Shown here: in pieces, positions 1-9,907 of the stretch
How the letters are laid out: each line of letters begins with the position of its first letter
Position numbering within the stretch: position 1 is the stretch's first letter
DNA from: Deltaproteobacteria bacterium
Lineage (GTDB): Bacteria; Myxococcota_A; UBA9160; SMWR01
Direction: 5' to 3'
Assembly: GCA_032128375.1 (NCBI GenBank)
Contig: JAQBGU010000159.1
Location: 1-31,528, forward strand
DNA: 31,528 nucleotides
The notes under the pieces: generated by a model
What the model saw: only the letters and a program-made list of their open reading frames with translations
Told to the model about the DNA's origin: nothing
Database searches by the model: none
Made by a program: the position numbers and the translations under genes

Positions 1-1412
1 ACCCAGTGGATCGTGCCGCGCACCTTGCGTCCGTCGGCGGGCGCCCCGCCAAGCGAATCGGGGTCCCAGCCGCAACGCAGCTCGATGATCTCGCCGGCGT
101 CATTTTTGATAGCGCGTGTGCACGTGACCAGGCACGCGTACTTCAACCGCACCTCGCGCCCAGGAGCCAGGCGATGCCACTTCTTTGTCGGGTTCTCCAT
201 GAAGTCGTCTCGCTCGACATAGATGATTTTCGAAAACGGCACCGTCCTCGACCCGAACGATGCGTCGCCCGGGTGATGGGGACAATCGAGCTCTTCGGTT
301 TGATCTTCCGGGAAGTTCTCGATCACCATCTTGAGCGGGTGCAGCACGCCCATCACGCGCGGACAGCTGGCGTTCAGTTGATCGCGCACAGTGTGCTCGA
401 GCCGTCCGATATCGATGACCGCATCACGCTTGGTGACCCCCACTTCGGTGCAGAATCGCCGAATGGCTTCCGGCGGATAGCCGAGCCGGCGCATACCGCG
501 AATGGTCGGCATGCGCGGATCGTCCCAGCCACTGACGTGCCCACCGTTGACGAGTTGCAGAAGCTTGCGCTTACTCGTGACGGTGTAGTTCAGGTTCAGT
601 CGCGCGAACTCGGTCTGTTGCGGCCGGTTCCCGGTCTTGCACGCCTCGAGGAACCACTCGTAGAGCGGGCGGTGATCGAGGAACTCGAGCGAACACAGCG
701 AATGCGTAATGCCTTCGATCGCGTCGGATAGGCCGTGACTGAAGTCGTACAGCGGGTAGATCGGCCAGACGTCCCCGGTGCGTTGATGGCGGACCCGACG
801 AATTCGGTACATCAGCGGGTCGCGCATGTTCAGGTCAGCATTCTGCATGTCGATCTTGGCGCGCAGCACCTGGCTGCCATCCTCGAACTCGCCGGCGCGC
901 ATCTTTCGGAGCAGCGCGAGATTCTCTTCTATCGGCCGCTCCCGGTGCGGGCAATCGACGCCCGGCTTGTAGAAGTTCCCCCGGTTTTCTCGAATCGCAT
1001 CGCCGTCGCAGCTATCGACGTAGGCGAGCCCCGCTTCGACCATGCCCTCGGCATGCGCGTACAGCTTTGGAAAGTAGTCCGACGCGAAGAAGAGTCGATT
1101 CCCCCAATCGAAGCCCAGCCATCGGATGTCCTGCTGGATGGCCTCGACGTATTCCTGTTCCTCCGCTTCGGGATTGGTGTCGTCGAAGCGCAGGTTGTAG
1201 AGCCCGCCAGGGATCTCAGCCGCGATACCGAAATTCAGATTGATCGCGAACGCGTGTCCGATATGCAGGTATCCACTCGGCTCGGGCGGGAAACGCGTGA
1301 CGACGCAGCCGTCGTTCTTCCCGTTGCGAATGTCCTCGGCGATCATTTCGCGAATGAAATCCGGACGGACCTTCTCGAAGGTCTTCTTGTCCGACTCGCC
1401 TTCGGTCAACAC
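1..1412 (-). CDS. glnS: Glutamine--tRNA ligase (3' end truncated by window edge)
   Basis: Not in the ORF track because it runs off the edge. Manual translation from GTG 1412 gives LTEGESDKKTFEKVRPDFIREMIAEDIRNGKNDGCVVTRFPPEPSGYLHIGHA (HIGH motif) and is in frame with RKVRGTIHW at the left edge. The start could be TTG 1409. Confidence 0.95.
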   Translation of the reverse strand, partial: MLTEGESDKKTFEKVRPDFIREMIAEDIRNGKNDGCVVTRFPPEPSGYLHIGHAFAINLNFGIAAEIPGGLYNLRFDDTNPEAEEQEYVEAIQQDIRWLGFDWGNRLFFASDYFPKLYAHAEGMVEAGLAYVDSCDGDAIRENRGNFYKPGVDCPHRERPIEENLALLRKMRAGEFEDGSQVLRAKIDMQNADLNMRDPLMYRIRRVRHQRTGDVWPIYPLYDFSHGLSDAIEGITHSLCSLEFLDHRPLYEWFLEACKTGNRPQQTEFARLNLNYTVTSKRKLLQLVNGGHVSGWDDPRMPTIRGMRRLGYPPEAIRRFCTEVGVTKRDAVIDIGRLEHTVRDQLNASCPRVMGVLHPLKMVIENFPEDQTEELDCPHHPGDASFGSRTVPFSKIIYVERDDFMENPTKKWHRLAPGREVRLKYACLVTCTRAIKNDAGEIIELRCGWDPDSLGGAPADGRKVRGTIHW

Positions 1413-1637
1413 GGGTGTTTCGGACGCCCCTGTCTCAGGGTCCCTTCGCTCGCAGGCTCTGCAGCGTCTCGCGACATCTCACACCTCGCGCAGTTGTGCG
1501 CCCGCAGACCATAGCGCCACCCGCTGATCGAGCCCGCGGCGCGAATGGAATGGTTTGAGGGCAGGGGCCGAAATCGCCGTTGAGATCGCCTGCTCGCGGT
1601 GCGTCCAGCCATGCGGGACTCTAGCCGGTCAAGCCTG

Positions 1638-3755
1638 CTACCGCGGTCGCCCGAGAGTCCTGTTCCCCATGAGCAACAGTGCAAGCCAAGCGGTGATTCC
1701 AACCGCAGCGAAGCTGGCTCCGAGTACGAGCCGCGGCGGTAGGTACGCAAATTCGACCCTCGCCGTTCCCGCCGGTAATGGGAGCACGCGGAACATCCCA
1801 TTCGCGCGTTCGATCACGACGGGCGCGTCGTTCACCCTCGCCGACCAGCCGGGTGCCCAGGTATCGAACAGTACGAGCCAATTCGGCTGTTTGGAACGAC
1901 TCTCGAGTGTGATCCGGGTGGGCGAATTGTGTAGCGCGCGGATGTCACAGGGGGTGTGCCTGATCGGGTACGGAGTGGGTTCGACTGCGCGCTCGACCAC
2001 CGCGGCGACGCGGGGGTCGAAGCCAGAGTCCGCAGCGAGTTCGAGAGCGTGTTCGGCGTCCGTGGCCGAAACCAGCTGTGACACGCAGATTGCTCTCGGC
2101 AGGGGTGTCGGGTTCGTATAGACAAAGGATACGCCTTGGCGAACCTCGAACTGATAGCCACCCGATTTCAGTCGATGGCTCATGAACAGCCGCGCGACGC
2201 CGAGTTGATCCATTTCGTTTCGCACCAGACGTTTGTAGGAATCCACCTTCCACGCGAGCTTGGGTTCGCCATAGCCCGTGCTGGACAATCCCCCGAAACG
2301 CATCGGAAGGTTTCGCGTGAGTGGCAGCGCGGCGAAGCGCGCCGCGAGTTCGGGCTCCGGAGTCGCTTCGACTACACCCGGCGCCACCCAGTGACCCGAC
2401 GCATAGAATCGATAGTGAAACCCGGATTCGTCGACAGCGTCGTTCGGGAACAACGCGAGGACTTCGGGTTCGACTTCGTAAAGAGCGGACGGCCCGGTGG
2501 GAGCGGTGCGCCAACAGACCACCACCAGTTCCGCGCAGGCCAGTATCGCGGCGGCGAGCTGCACACCTCGTGGAATCGTCCAGCGCGAAAGCGCGTCCCG
2601 ATAGGCGAGCGCCGCGAACGCGACGGCGGCGAACGCCGCGGGAAACAGGTAGCGGACCGGCGAGCGAAGACTCTCGAGCACCGGAATCGCGCTACTGATT
2701 TCGTAGGCGAACGGACCTGCGAGCGCTAGCCACAGGCAAACGAAAATCGACACCAGGAAGAACAGGGCGCGTGGGTCCCGGGCACGTTTTTCGCGAGTGC
2801 GGCTGGGGGTGCCAGCAGCAAGAGCAAAGATCCCGGCAGCGATCCCCAAATAGACGAACCAACCCGGATACAATTTCAGCTCGGCCCACGCGCGCGCTCC
2901 AGCGGGCAGCGCGATCGACGCAAGCGGTCTGCCTTGCAAGCTGTTGAGTTCGAATACCTTGCGAGAGACTCCCTCGGACCAGACGGAATCGCTGAGCAGC
3001 GAGAGTGTGGGCAGAACCTGTGGTGCGGCGATCGCGAATCCGAGCAGCGTGGCGGCGCCGGTGCGGACCCCCATTCTCCAGCCGGAGCGCGGCCCATCAC
3101 GACGTCTGGTCTGCAGCCCGATCACTGCGGTGTACGCGCCTGCAAACACCAGGGCGGGTACGAAGCGCTGGGGTCTGCCGGCCAGTAGTCCCAACCCGAC
3201 GGCCGCTGCCACGACCAATACTCCTCGCGTGCCCGGTTTTCGACACCACTCGATGCCGAGCAGCAGCAGCGGCAGGAAACAGCTCGCGGCCACCGCGTTG
3301 GGCCAGATCGTGCTGGCGACCATGCGCCCGGAGAGGCTGAATGCCGCTCCGCCTACCAGCGCGAGAAGCGGTGGGACTTCGAGCTCACACAGGTACCGGA
3401 ACGTGAACACACCGAGTGCGACCAGATGCAGCAGTACGAAGCTGTCTATGGCCCGGTGCGCGGGCAGCGCGAGCCCGAACGGCAGCATCAGCGGGTATAG
3501 CAGGCTCGCTTCGCCGTTGGCGTGAAGCGGGTAGCCCGCGCGAATGTTCGGCGTCCACCAGGGCCACTCCCCGTTCGCAGCCGTCTGGGCGGCGAAATGC
3601 CAGAACGGCGCGTGCTCGAAGTAGGTATCGAGGTGGTAGAAGGATTGGCCACCGAACAGCACCGGTGCAAACGCGATGGCGACGAGCCCCGCAATCCCGA
3701 GCGTCGCGCCGATCGTGCCGGTCGCCAGATTATTCAGGCTGGAACTCGACTTCAT
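1638..3755 (-). CDS. YfhO-family polytopic membrane protein (predicted GT-C glycosyltransferase)
   Basis: Many TM segments, N-terminal GEWPWWTPNIRAGYPLHA..SLLYP motif, C-terminal WLVLFDTWAPGWSARVND..IERANGMFRVLPLPAG..VEFAYLP typical of YfhO-like proteins. Start moved from ORF-track 3983 to ATG 3755 to avoid overlap with the divergent gene. Confidence 0.8.
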   Translation of the reverse strand: MKSSSSLNNLATGTIGATLGIAGLVAIAFAPVLFGGQSFYHLDTYFEHAPFWHFAAQTAANGEWPWWTPNIRAGYPLHANGEASLLYPLMLPFGLALPAHRAIDSFVLLHLVALGVFTFRYLCELEVPPLLALVGGAAFSLSGRMVASTIWPNAVAASCFLPLLLLGIEWCRKPGTRGVLVVAAAVGLGLLAGRPQRFVPALVFAGAYTAVIGLQTRRRDGPRSGWRMGVRTGAATLLGFAIAAPQVLPTLSLLSDSVWSEGVSRKVFELNSLQGRPLASIALPAGARAWAELKLYPGWFVYLGIAAGIFALAAGTPSRTREKRARDPRALFFLVSIFVCLWLALAGPFAYEISSAIPVLESLRSPVRYLFPAAFAAVAFAALAYRDALSRWTIPRGVQLAAAILACAELVVVCWRTAPTGPSALYEVEPEVLALFPNDAVDESGFHYRFYASGHWVAPGVVEATPEPELAARFAALPLTRNLPMRFGGLSSTGYGEPKLAWKVDSYKRLVRNEMDQLGVARLFMSHRLKSGGYQFEVRQGVSFVYTNPTPLPRAICVSQLVSATDAEHALELAADSGFDPRVAAVVERAVEPTPYPIRHTPCDIRALHNSPTRITLESRSKQPNWLVLFDTWAPGWSARVNDAPVVIERANGMFRVLPLPAGTARVEFAYLPPRLVLGASFAAVGITAWLALLLMGNRTLGRPR

Positions 3756-3972
3756 CGCGAAGCGAACGATACAGCGATGCGCCGATCTTTTCTGCGCAAC
3801 GAGTTCCAGCAGGATCAGCGCATTGACCGCCAGGATCCGCATTCGATCGAACTCGCGCCGAACGGGCGAACCGTTATGCTTGTGGGCCTGTTCGAGATGG
3901 GTCTCGAGACGAGTCTTCCAAGGGCAAGGCTGCGAAGGCCAGGCCTGCCGGACAGCCAATGAGGACCACACG

Positions 3973-4434
3973 ATGGCGACCACCTTCGCAACCCCTGCAG
4001 AGCTGGAAGGCGCTGTCGGACAGCACCTCGGGTTCAGCGATTGGATTCAGATTACCCAAGACCGGATCGACAAGTTCGCCGAGGCCACCGGAGATCACCA
4101 GTGGATCCATACCGATCCGGTCCGCGCCAAGCAGGGACCATTCGGCACGACGATTGCTCACGGCTATCTCACACAATCGCTGGTGAACCTGTTCCTGCCC
4201 CAGATCGTCGAGGTACGTGGGATATCGATGGGGATCAACTACGGCACCGACAAGGTGCGATTTCCGGCGCCTGTTCCAGTCGACTCGAGGGTCCGCGGCG
4301 GAGCCGAGCTGATCGCGGCCGAAACGGTCAAGGGCGGCGCCGTGCAAGCGACCATTCGAGTCACCGTCGAAATCGAAGGCAGCGACCGCCCCGGCGCCGT
4401 GGTCGACACCATCAGCCGCTATCTTCCACAGTAG
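3973..4434 (+). CDS. MaoC-family (R)-specific enoyl-CoA hydratase
   Basis: Hydratase-2 motif FAEATGDHQWIHTDP..A..GPFGTTIAHG; GAGGA RBS before ATG 3973. Confidence 0.92.
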   Translation: MATTFATPAELEGAVGQHLGFSDWIQITQDRIDKFAEATGDHQWIHTDPVRAKQGPFGTTIAHGYLTQSLVNLFLPQIVEVRGISMGINYGTDKVRFPAPVPVDSRVRGGAELIAAETVKGGAVQATIRVTVEIEGSDRPGAVVDTISRYLPQ

Positions 4435-4503
4435 TTTTCGCATCCCATCTTCGGGCCATCCCCAAATCTGTGCGCGCAAACGGCAAGCGCCCCCAAGCCC
4501 GAG

Positions 4504-5316
4504 CTAGGCTCGCTGACTGCTGACGGATACACACTCGCCCGTCATGTAGGACGAGTAGTCGCTGGCGAGGAAGACCATGACGTTGGCGACTTCCCAGGGT
4601 TCGGCTCCGCGGCCGAACGCTTCCTTGGCCTCGAGTTCGTCGAGTAGTTCCTGCGGGGTGACCTTTGCGAGAAATGCGTGGTTGGCGAGACTCGGTGAGA
4701 CGGCGTTGATGCGGATTCCGGATTCGGCTGCTTCCAGTGCGGAACAGCGCGTCAGTGCCATCACGCCTGCCTTGGCGGCGGCGTAGTGGGCTTGCCCGCG
4801 CTGCGCTCGCCAACCGAGTACGGACGCGTTGTTGACGATGACGCCGGTTCTTCGCTCCATCATGTGAGGCAATACCGCGCGCGTCATTCGGAAGGTGCCG
4901 GTGAGCGTGATGTCGATGACCGTGCTCCACTGCTCGTCGGTCATATCGACCACGTTGGCCGTACCGCCGAGGCCCGCGTTGTTGATCAGTACGTCGATGT
5001 GGCCCAAGCCATCGACGGCGCTCGCGATCAATGCGCGGACGTCATCTTCGCTCGCCACGTTGCACAGTCGACTTGAGATCTTCTGCGGTGGGCGACCTGA
5101 ACTGGCCGAAAGCTTCTCGAGTTCCGCCACGGCCTCGTTCAGCCGTCGTTCGTGAATGTCGCTGATCATCAGGTTGGCGCCCTCCTCGATGCAGCGCCGT
5201 GCCACCGCGAAGCCGATACCGGTTCCGGCCGCGGCTGTGACCAGTACGTTCTTGTCCGCCAGGAGATTGTGTCCTTCGACGTACTTGGGCGGAGCGTTCG
5301 GAGGCGGAACGCTCAC
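4504..5316 (-). CDS. ipdF: SDR oxidoreductase, IpdF/Rv3559c-like (5-oxo-HIP-CoA reductase type)
   Basis: Characteristic atypical cofactor motif GHNLLADKNVLVTAAAGTGIG, NNAGLGG, SVLGWRAQ, YAAAK catalytic motif. Start overlaps the stop of the upstream fadE30-like gene. Confidence 0.8.
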   Translation of the reverse strand: MSVPPPNAPPKYVEGHNLLADKNVLVTAAAGTGIGFAVARRCIEEGANLMISDIHERRLNEAVAELEKLSASSGRPPQKISSRLCNVASEDDVRALIASAVDGLGHIDVLINNAGLGGTANVVDMTDEQWSTVIDITLTGTFRMTRAVLPHMMERRTGVIVNNASVLGWRAQRGQAHYAAAKAGVMALTRCSALEAAESGIRINAVSPSLANHAFLAKVTPQELLDELEAKEAFGRGAEPWEVANVMVFLASDYSSYMTGECVSVSSQRA

Positions 5317-6512
5317 CGGGGCGCCTCGCCAGGTTTGGGATCGCGCGGCAGACCGAGCGCTTTTTCCGCAATGATGTTGCGTTGAATTTCGTTGCTACCG
5401 CCGTACAGGGTGTCGGCACGGGAAAACAAGTACATCCGCTGTAGCGATGAGAGTTCGTAACCGGAACCTTCGATGATCTCCGATTCAGCCCCCAGCACAT
5501 CCATCGCCAGTTTTCCCAGATCGCGATGCCATGTCGCCCAGTGCAACTTGGTGACCATTCCAGCGCGAGCGGCCTCTGAGCCCGCTTCTCCGCTCAGTGT
5601 ACGCAGCGCGTTGTAGCGCTGGATGCGAAGCCCGATCCACGCGTCAGCCAGGCGTTGTCGAATCAGTGGGTCGTGGATGCGTCCGTTGCGTTTGCCGACC
5701 GCGATGATCTCGTCGAGTTCGTTTTGGAAATCGAGCTGTTGGCCCAGCGTCGAAGCGCCCCGTTCGAACGCGAGGGTGGCTTGCGAGACTCGCCATCCAT
5801 CGCCTACTTCGCCCACGACATTGTCGGCGGCAGTTCGCGCACCATCGTAGAAGACTTCACTGAACTCCGAATCGCCTGTCATCTGCAGGATGGGCCGAAT
5901 GGTGACGCCTTGCTGTTTCATCGGAACGAGCAGGTAAGAAATGCCTGCCTGCTTGGGCCGTACGTCCGGGTCGGTGCGGCACAGTACGAAGCACCAATCC
6001 GACCAGGCGGCGCCCGAGGTCCAGGTCTTCTGACCGTGAATCACCCACTCGTCATCGATGAGTACCGCCCGGGTCTGAAGATTGGCGAGGTCCGAGCCGG
6101 CGTTGGGTTCTGAGTAGCCCTGGCACCAGAGCGTTCTGCCGCTGACGATGTCGGGCAGAAAGCGCCGCTTCTGCTCGTCGCTGCCGCACGCGATCAATGT
6201 GGGCCCGATCAGGGCTTCGCCGATGTAGCCGACACGTCCGGGGCCCCGGGCGCGCGCGTATTCTTCGTAGAAGATCACGTGCTGATTCAGGCTGAGATTG
6301 CGGCCGCCGTATTCCTCCGGCCAGCCGACACAGGTCCAGCCGTCCTCGCCCATCTTGCGCTCCCACGCGCAGCGCTCGTGGAACAGCGCGAGTTCATCGC
6401 CGGGGCCACCACGTCCTCGCACGGCTGCGAATTCACCGTCGAGGTTGTTCGCCAGCCAGCCCGCGATCTCGCGCCGGAAAACCTCGTCTTCGTTGCTGAA
6501 TCGGGTATCCAT
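5313..6512 (-). CDS. ipdE1: Acyl-CoA dehydrogenase, IpdE1/FadE30-like
   Basis: WLANNLDGEFAAVRGRGGPG N-terminus, WCQGYSEPNAGSDLA, FERGASTLGQQ, LFSRADTLYGGSNEIQRNIIAEKALGLP. Same arrangement as the actinobacterial ipdF-fadE30/fadD3 block. Start set at ATG 6512. Confidence 0.8.
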   Translation of the reverse strand: MDTRFSNEDEVFRREIAGWLANNLDGEFAAVRGRGGPGDELALFHERCAWERKMGEDGWTCVGWPEEYGGRNLSLNQHVIFYEEYARARGPGRVGYIGEALIGPTLIACGSDEQKRRFLPDIVSGRTLWCQGYSEPNAGSDLANLQTRAVLIDDEWVIHGQKTWTSGAAWSDWCFVLCRTDPDVRPKQAGISYLLVPMKQQGVTIRPILQMTGDSEFSEVFYDGARTAADNVVGEVGDGWRVSQATLAFERGASTLGQQLDFQNELDEIIAVGKRNGRIHDPLIRQRLADAWIGLRIQRYNALRTLSGEAGSEAARAGMVTKLHWATWHRDLGKLAMDVLGAESEIIEGSGYELSSLQRMYLFSRADTLYGGSNEIQRNIIAEKALGLPRDPKPGEAPR

Positions 6513-6709
6513 CAGGGCCTCATATGGGCTGAACTCCCGAGGATGAACTCGGGGCGCTGAGAGCCGCACGACGGTCGACGGGCGGACACTCTATCAATCC
6601 CCATCCCGCGTCTCGTTGCGTATCCCATCAAGGCCGTTTCCCATCGAAGCGATCGCGAAACGCCGCAGCCTTGGAACGGATCCTAACGGTAAGATACGAT
6701 ACGACTCGT

Positions 6710-8302
6710 ATGCAAGAGCCCTCGGCCTCCTCGACCATCCCACAGCTCGTCCGCGCCGCCGCAGAGCGTTTCGCAGATCAAAGCGCGATCGAGGATGGCG
6801 AGGCGAAATTCCGCTTCTCGGATCTGCTCGATGAATCGCTGCAGGCGACCCGTGCGTTTTGTGCCGCGGGCATCGCACCGGGAGATCGCATCGCGATCTG
6901 GGCACCCAATATCTGGGAATGGATCGTCGCAGCGATCGGTCTCCAGTCGGCTGGCGCCGTGCTGGTCACCGCGAATACGCGTCTAAAGGGCGCCGAAGCC
7001 GCGTACGTGCTGCGCAAGAGCGGTGTCCGCATTTTGTGTACGATGAGCGATTTTCTCGGTACCAACTATGTCGACCTGTTGAAGAACCAGGATCTTCCGC
7101 AGCTCGAGCAGATCATCACTTTCCGGGGCGAGACGGCCGGCGCGAAGAGCTGGGCCGAGTTCATAGACGGTGGCAAGTCGGTAACACTCGACGATGCGCG
7201 GCGTCGTGCTGACGCGGTTTCCCCCGAAGATCTGTCCGATTTCATTCCGACTTCCGGGACCACCGGCAACCCGAAGGCGGTGATGACCGCTCACGGCCAG
7301 AACCTTCGAGCGTTCGAATCCTGGTCCGAGGTCGTCGGCCTGCGCGAGGGCGACCGCTACTTGATCTCGAGCCCGTTCTTCCACTCGATGGGATACAAGG
7401 CCGGTTGGCTGGCTTGTTTGATGCGCGGTGCGACCGCAATACCGCACGCGGTATTCAACGTAGAGGAGATCCTTGGCCGGGTGGGCCGCGAGCGGATCAG
7501 CGTGCTGGTCGGCGCGCCCACGATCTACCAGGATTTCCTCGCGCACCCAAACCTGAAGAGTCACGACATCTCGAACTTGCGGCTCGCTGTCACCGGGGCG
7601 GCGCCGACACCCGTCGAGCTGATTCGCCGAATGCGCAGCGAGCTGGGCTTCGAGACGATCATTACCGGCTACGGCCTCACGGAGGTCTGTGGCATCGCGA
7701 CGATGTGTCGTTACGACGATGACCCCGAGGTGATCGCGACTACATCGGGGCGCGCGATTCCCAACGTCGAAGTGCGCTGTGTCGATTCTGACAACAAAGA
7801 AGTGGCGCGCGGTGACGCGGGCGAAGTCGTGGTGCGCGGCTACAACGTGATGGCGGGCTATTTCGACGACGAGGCGGAGACCGCCCGAACGATCGACGAG
7901 CAGGGCTGGCTGCATACCGGCGATATCGCGGTGATGGACGAAAACGGTTACGTGCGAATCACAGACCGGATCAAAGACATGTTCATCACCGGAGGCCTCA
8001 ACTGCTACCCGGCCGAGATCGAGAACATGCTGTTTGGCAGCGGCGATTTCGCGCAGGTCGCGGTGATCGGGGTTCCGGACGACCGGATGGGCGAGGTCTG
8101 CATGGCGTTCGTGGTTCCGGCGCCGGGGCGCACGGTGACGGCCACGAGTGTGATCGCCTGGAGCCGCGAAAACATGGCCAACTACAAGGTTCCCCGCCAT
8201 GTCGAAGTCGTCGATTCGCTGCCCACGACCGCGTCGGGGAAGGTGACGAAGTTCGTATTGCGAGAGCGGGCCAGCCAACTCGATCGCGATCACGCGCGGT
8301 GA
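6710..8302 (+). CDS. fadD3: FadD3-like acyl-CoA ligase (HIP-CoA synthetase type)
   Basis: GDRIAIWAPNIWEW, TSGTTGNPK P-loop, PFFHSMGYKAG, GYGLTE, WLHTGD, MANYKVPR. Divergent from the ipdE1-like gene. Start set at ATG 6710. Confidence 0.78.
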   Translation: MQEPSASSTIPQLVRAAAERFADQSAIEDGEAKFRFSDLLDESLQATRAFCAAGIAPGDRIAIWAPNIWEWIVAAIGLQSAGAVLVTANTRLKGAEAAYVLRKSGVRILCTMSDFLGTNYVDLLKNQDLPQLEQIITFRGETAGAKSWAEFIDGGKSVTLDDARRRADAVSPEDLSDFIPTSGTTGNPKAVMTAHGQNLRAFESWSEVVGLREGDRYLISSPFFHSMGYKAGWLACLMRGATAIPHAVFNVEEILGRVGRERISVLVGAPTIYQDFLAHPNLKSHDISNLRLAVTGAAPTPVELIRRMRSELGFETIITGYGLTEVCGIATMCRYDDDPEVIATTSGRAIPNVEVRCVDSDNKEVARGDAGEVVVRGYNVMAGYFDDEAETARTIDEQGWLHTGDIAVMDENGYVRITDRIKDMFITGGLNCYPAEIENMLFGSGDFAQVAVIGVPDDRMGEVCMAFVVPAPGRTVTATSVIAWSRENMANYKVPRHVEVVDSLPTTASGKVTKFVLRERASQLDRDHAR

Positions 8303-8339
8303 CCACGACAAATGATCGAACTCCTGTGACCGCAGCCCT

Positions 8340-9884
8340 GTGATCGAAGCAAGCAGCTTCTGGGACCTGGTCTCCCAGCGCGCGAAGCTGACCCCCGATG
8401 CGCTGTTCGCGGTCGACGAAGACGGCCGCAAGCTCAGCTTTCGCGAGTACCTGGATGCCGCCGAGCGTTGCGCGGCCGGCATGGCGGCGCTCGGCGTACG
8501 GAACGAGATGCCGGTTTCGTGGATGCTCCCGACCTGGTTGGAATCGATGATCCTGGTGGCTGCACTGTCCAGGCTCGGTGCGGTCCAGAACCCGATTCTG
8601 CCAATCTACCGCCGCCGCGAAGTCAGCTTCATTACCCACCAGTTCGACGTCAACATGTTGATCGTGCCCGGCGAGTGGAGAAACTTCGACTACCCGCAAA
8701 TGGCGCGCGCCATTGCGCAAGAACAGCCCGGTCTCGAAATCGTCGTCGTCGACCGAGCGCTTCCGCATGGGGATGCGTCGAGCCTCGACGCTCCGCCCGC
8801 CGGTTCATCGGCCGACGATGCCCCGATACGCTGGTTGTTCTACACGTCTGGCACCACGGCCGACCCCAAGGGTGCCCTTCACACAGACCACACGTTGATG
8901 GCGTTCTCGAGCGGAATGTGCGACGTCCTCGCGCTCCAGCCGGACGATCGGGTTGCGATGGTCTTCCCATTTACGCATGTCGGAGGCATCGGCTGGCTGT
9001 ATTCAGGGCTGCTCTCTGGCTGTGCCCAAATCGCCGTCGAGCAGTTCGATCCAGAGACCAGTGTCGAGGTGCTTGCCAAAAACGGCGTCACGCAGGCGAC
9101 TGCCGGAACCGCGTTCCACCAGGTTTACCTGGCCGCCCAACTCAAATCGACCGAGCCGATCTTCCCGCGCGTGCGTGCCTTTCCGGGCGGCGGCGCGCCG
9201 AAACCCCCGCAGCTTCATCACGACATGAAAGCCGCGTTCGGCGGAGCCGGGATCGTTTCCGGCTATGGCCTCACCGAGTGCCCGGTGATCGCGATGAATT
9301 CGATCGGGGATCCCGGCGACAAGCTCGCGAACACAGAGGGGCGGGCCAATCCGCCGGAAATGAAAATCAAGATCGTGACGCTCACCACAGGTGAGCTGGC
9401 AGGGCCGGGTGAACCGGGCGAGATCAGAGCACTCGGCCCACAGCTGTGTCGCGGCTATCTCGACGCGTCGCTGAACAGCGACGCCTTCGACGACGACGGT
9501 TTCTTCCGGACCGGCGATCTCGGATACCTCGACGACGAGGGGTTCATCGTGATCACCGGCAGGCTCAAGGACGTGATCATCCGAAAGGGCGAGAATATCA
9601 GCGCAAAAGAGGTCGAGGACTTGCTCTACGAGCACCCCAAGGTCGCAGACGTCGCAGTAATCGGACTCCCCGATCCGAATACGGGAGAGCGCTGCTGCGC
9701 GGTGGTCGCGTGTCGGGATGAATCTGACCCGTTGACGTTCGATGAAATGATTTTGTTCTTGAAGGAACGCAATTTGATGATCCAGAAGATCCCGGAACAG
9801 TTGGAGACGCTAGCCGAGATACCTCGCAACGCGACTGGCAAGCCGATGAAACACGAGTTGCGCGCCCGCTACTCCGACAAATAG
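8340..9884 (+). CDS. AMP-binding acyl-CoA ligase (cyclohexanecarboxylate-CoA ligase-like)
   Basis: YTSGTTADPKG, GYGLTE, FRTGDLG, GRLKDVIIRKGENISAKEVED, QKIPEQL, PRNATGK. Confidence 0.88.
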   Translation: MIEASSFWDLVSQRAKLTPDALFAVDEDGRKLSFREYLDAAERCAAGMAALGVRNEMPVSWMLPTWLESMILVAALSRLGAVQNPILPIYRRREVSFITHQFDVNMLIVPGEWRNFDYPQMARAIAQEQPGLEIVVVDRALPHGDASSLDAPPAGSSADDAPIRWLFYTSGTTADPKGALHTDHTLMAFSSGMCDVLALQPDDRVAMVFPFTHVGGIGWLYSGLLSGCAQIAVEQFDPETSVEVLAKNGVTQATAGTAFHQVYLAAQLKSTEPIFPRVRAFPGGGAPKPPQLHHDMKAAFGGAGIVSGYGLTECPVIAMNSIGDPGDKLANTEGRANPPEMKIKIVTLTTGELAGPGEPGEIRALGPQLCRGYLDASLNSDAFDDDGFFRTGDLGYLDDEGFIVITGRLKDVIIRKGENISAKEVEDLLYEHPKVADVAVIGLPDPNTGERCCAVVACRDESDPLTFDEMILFLKERNLMIQKIPEQLETLAEIPRNATGKPMKHELRARYSDK

Positions 9885-9907
9885 ATCGCAAGCCCGCCAG
9901 ATCCGAC

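Noticed and set aside
6..1514. Long plus-strand ORFs 6..731 and 735..1514
   Set aside because: Antisense shadows of glnS, which carries the real motifs on the minus strand
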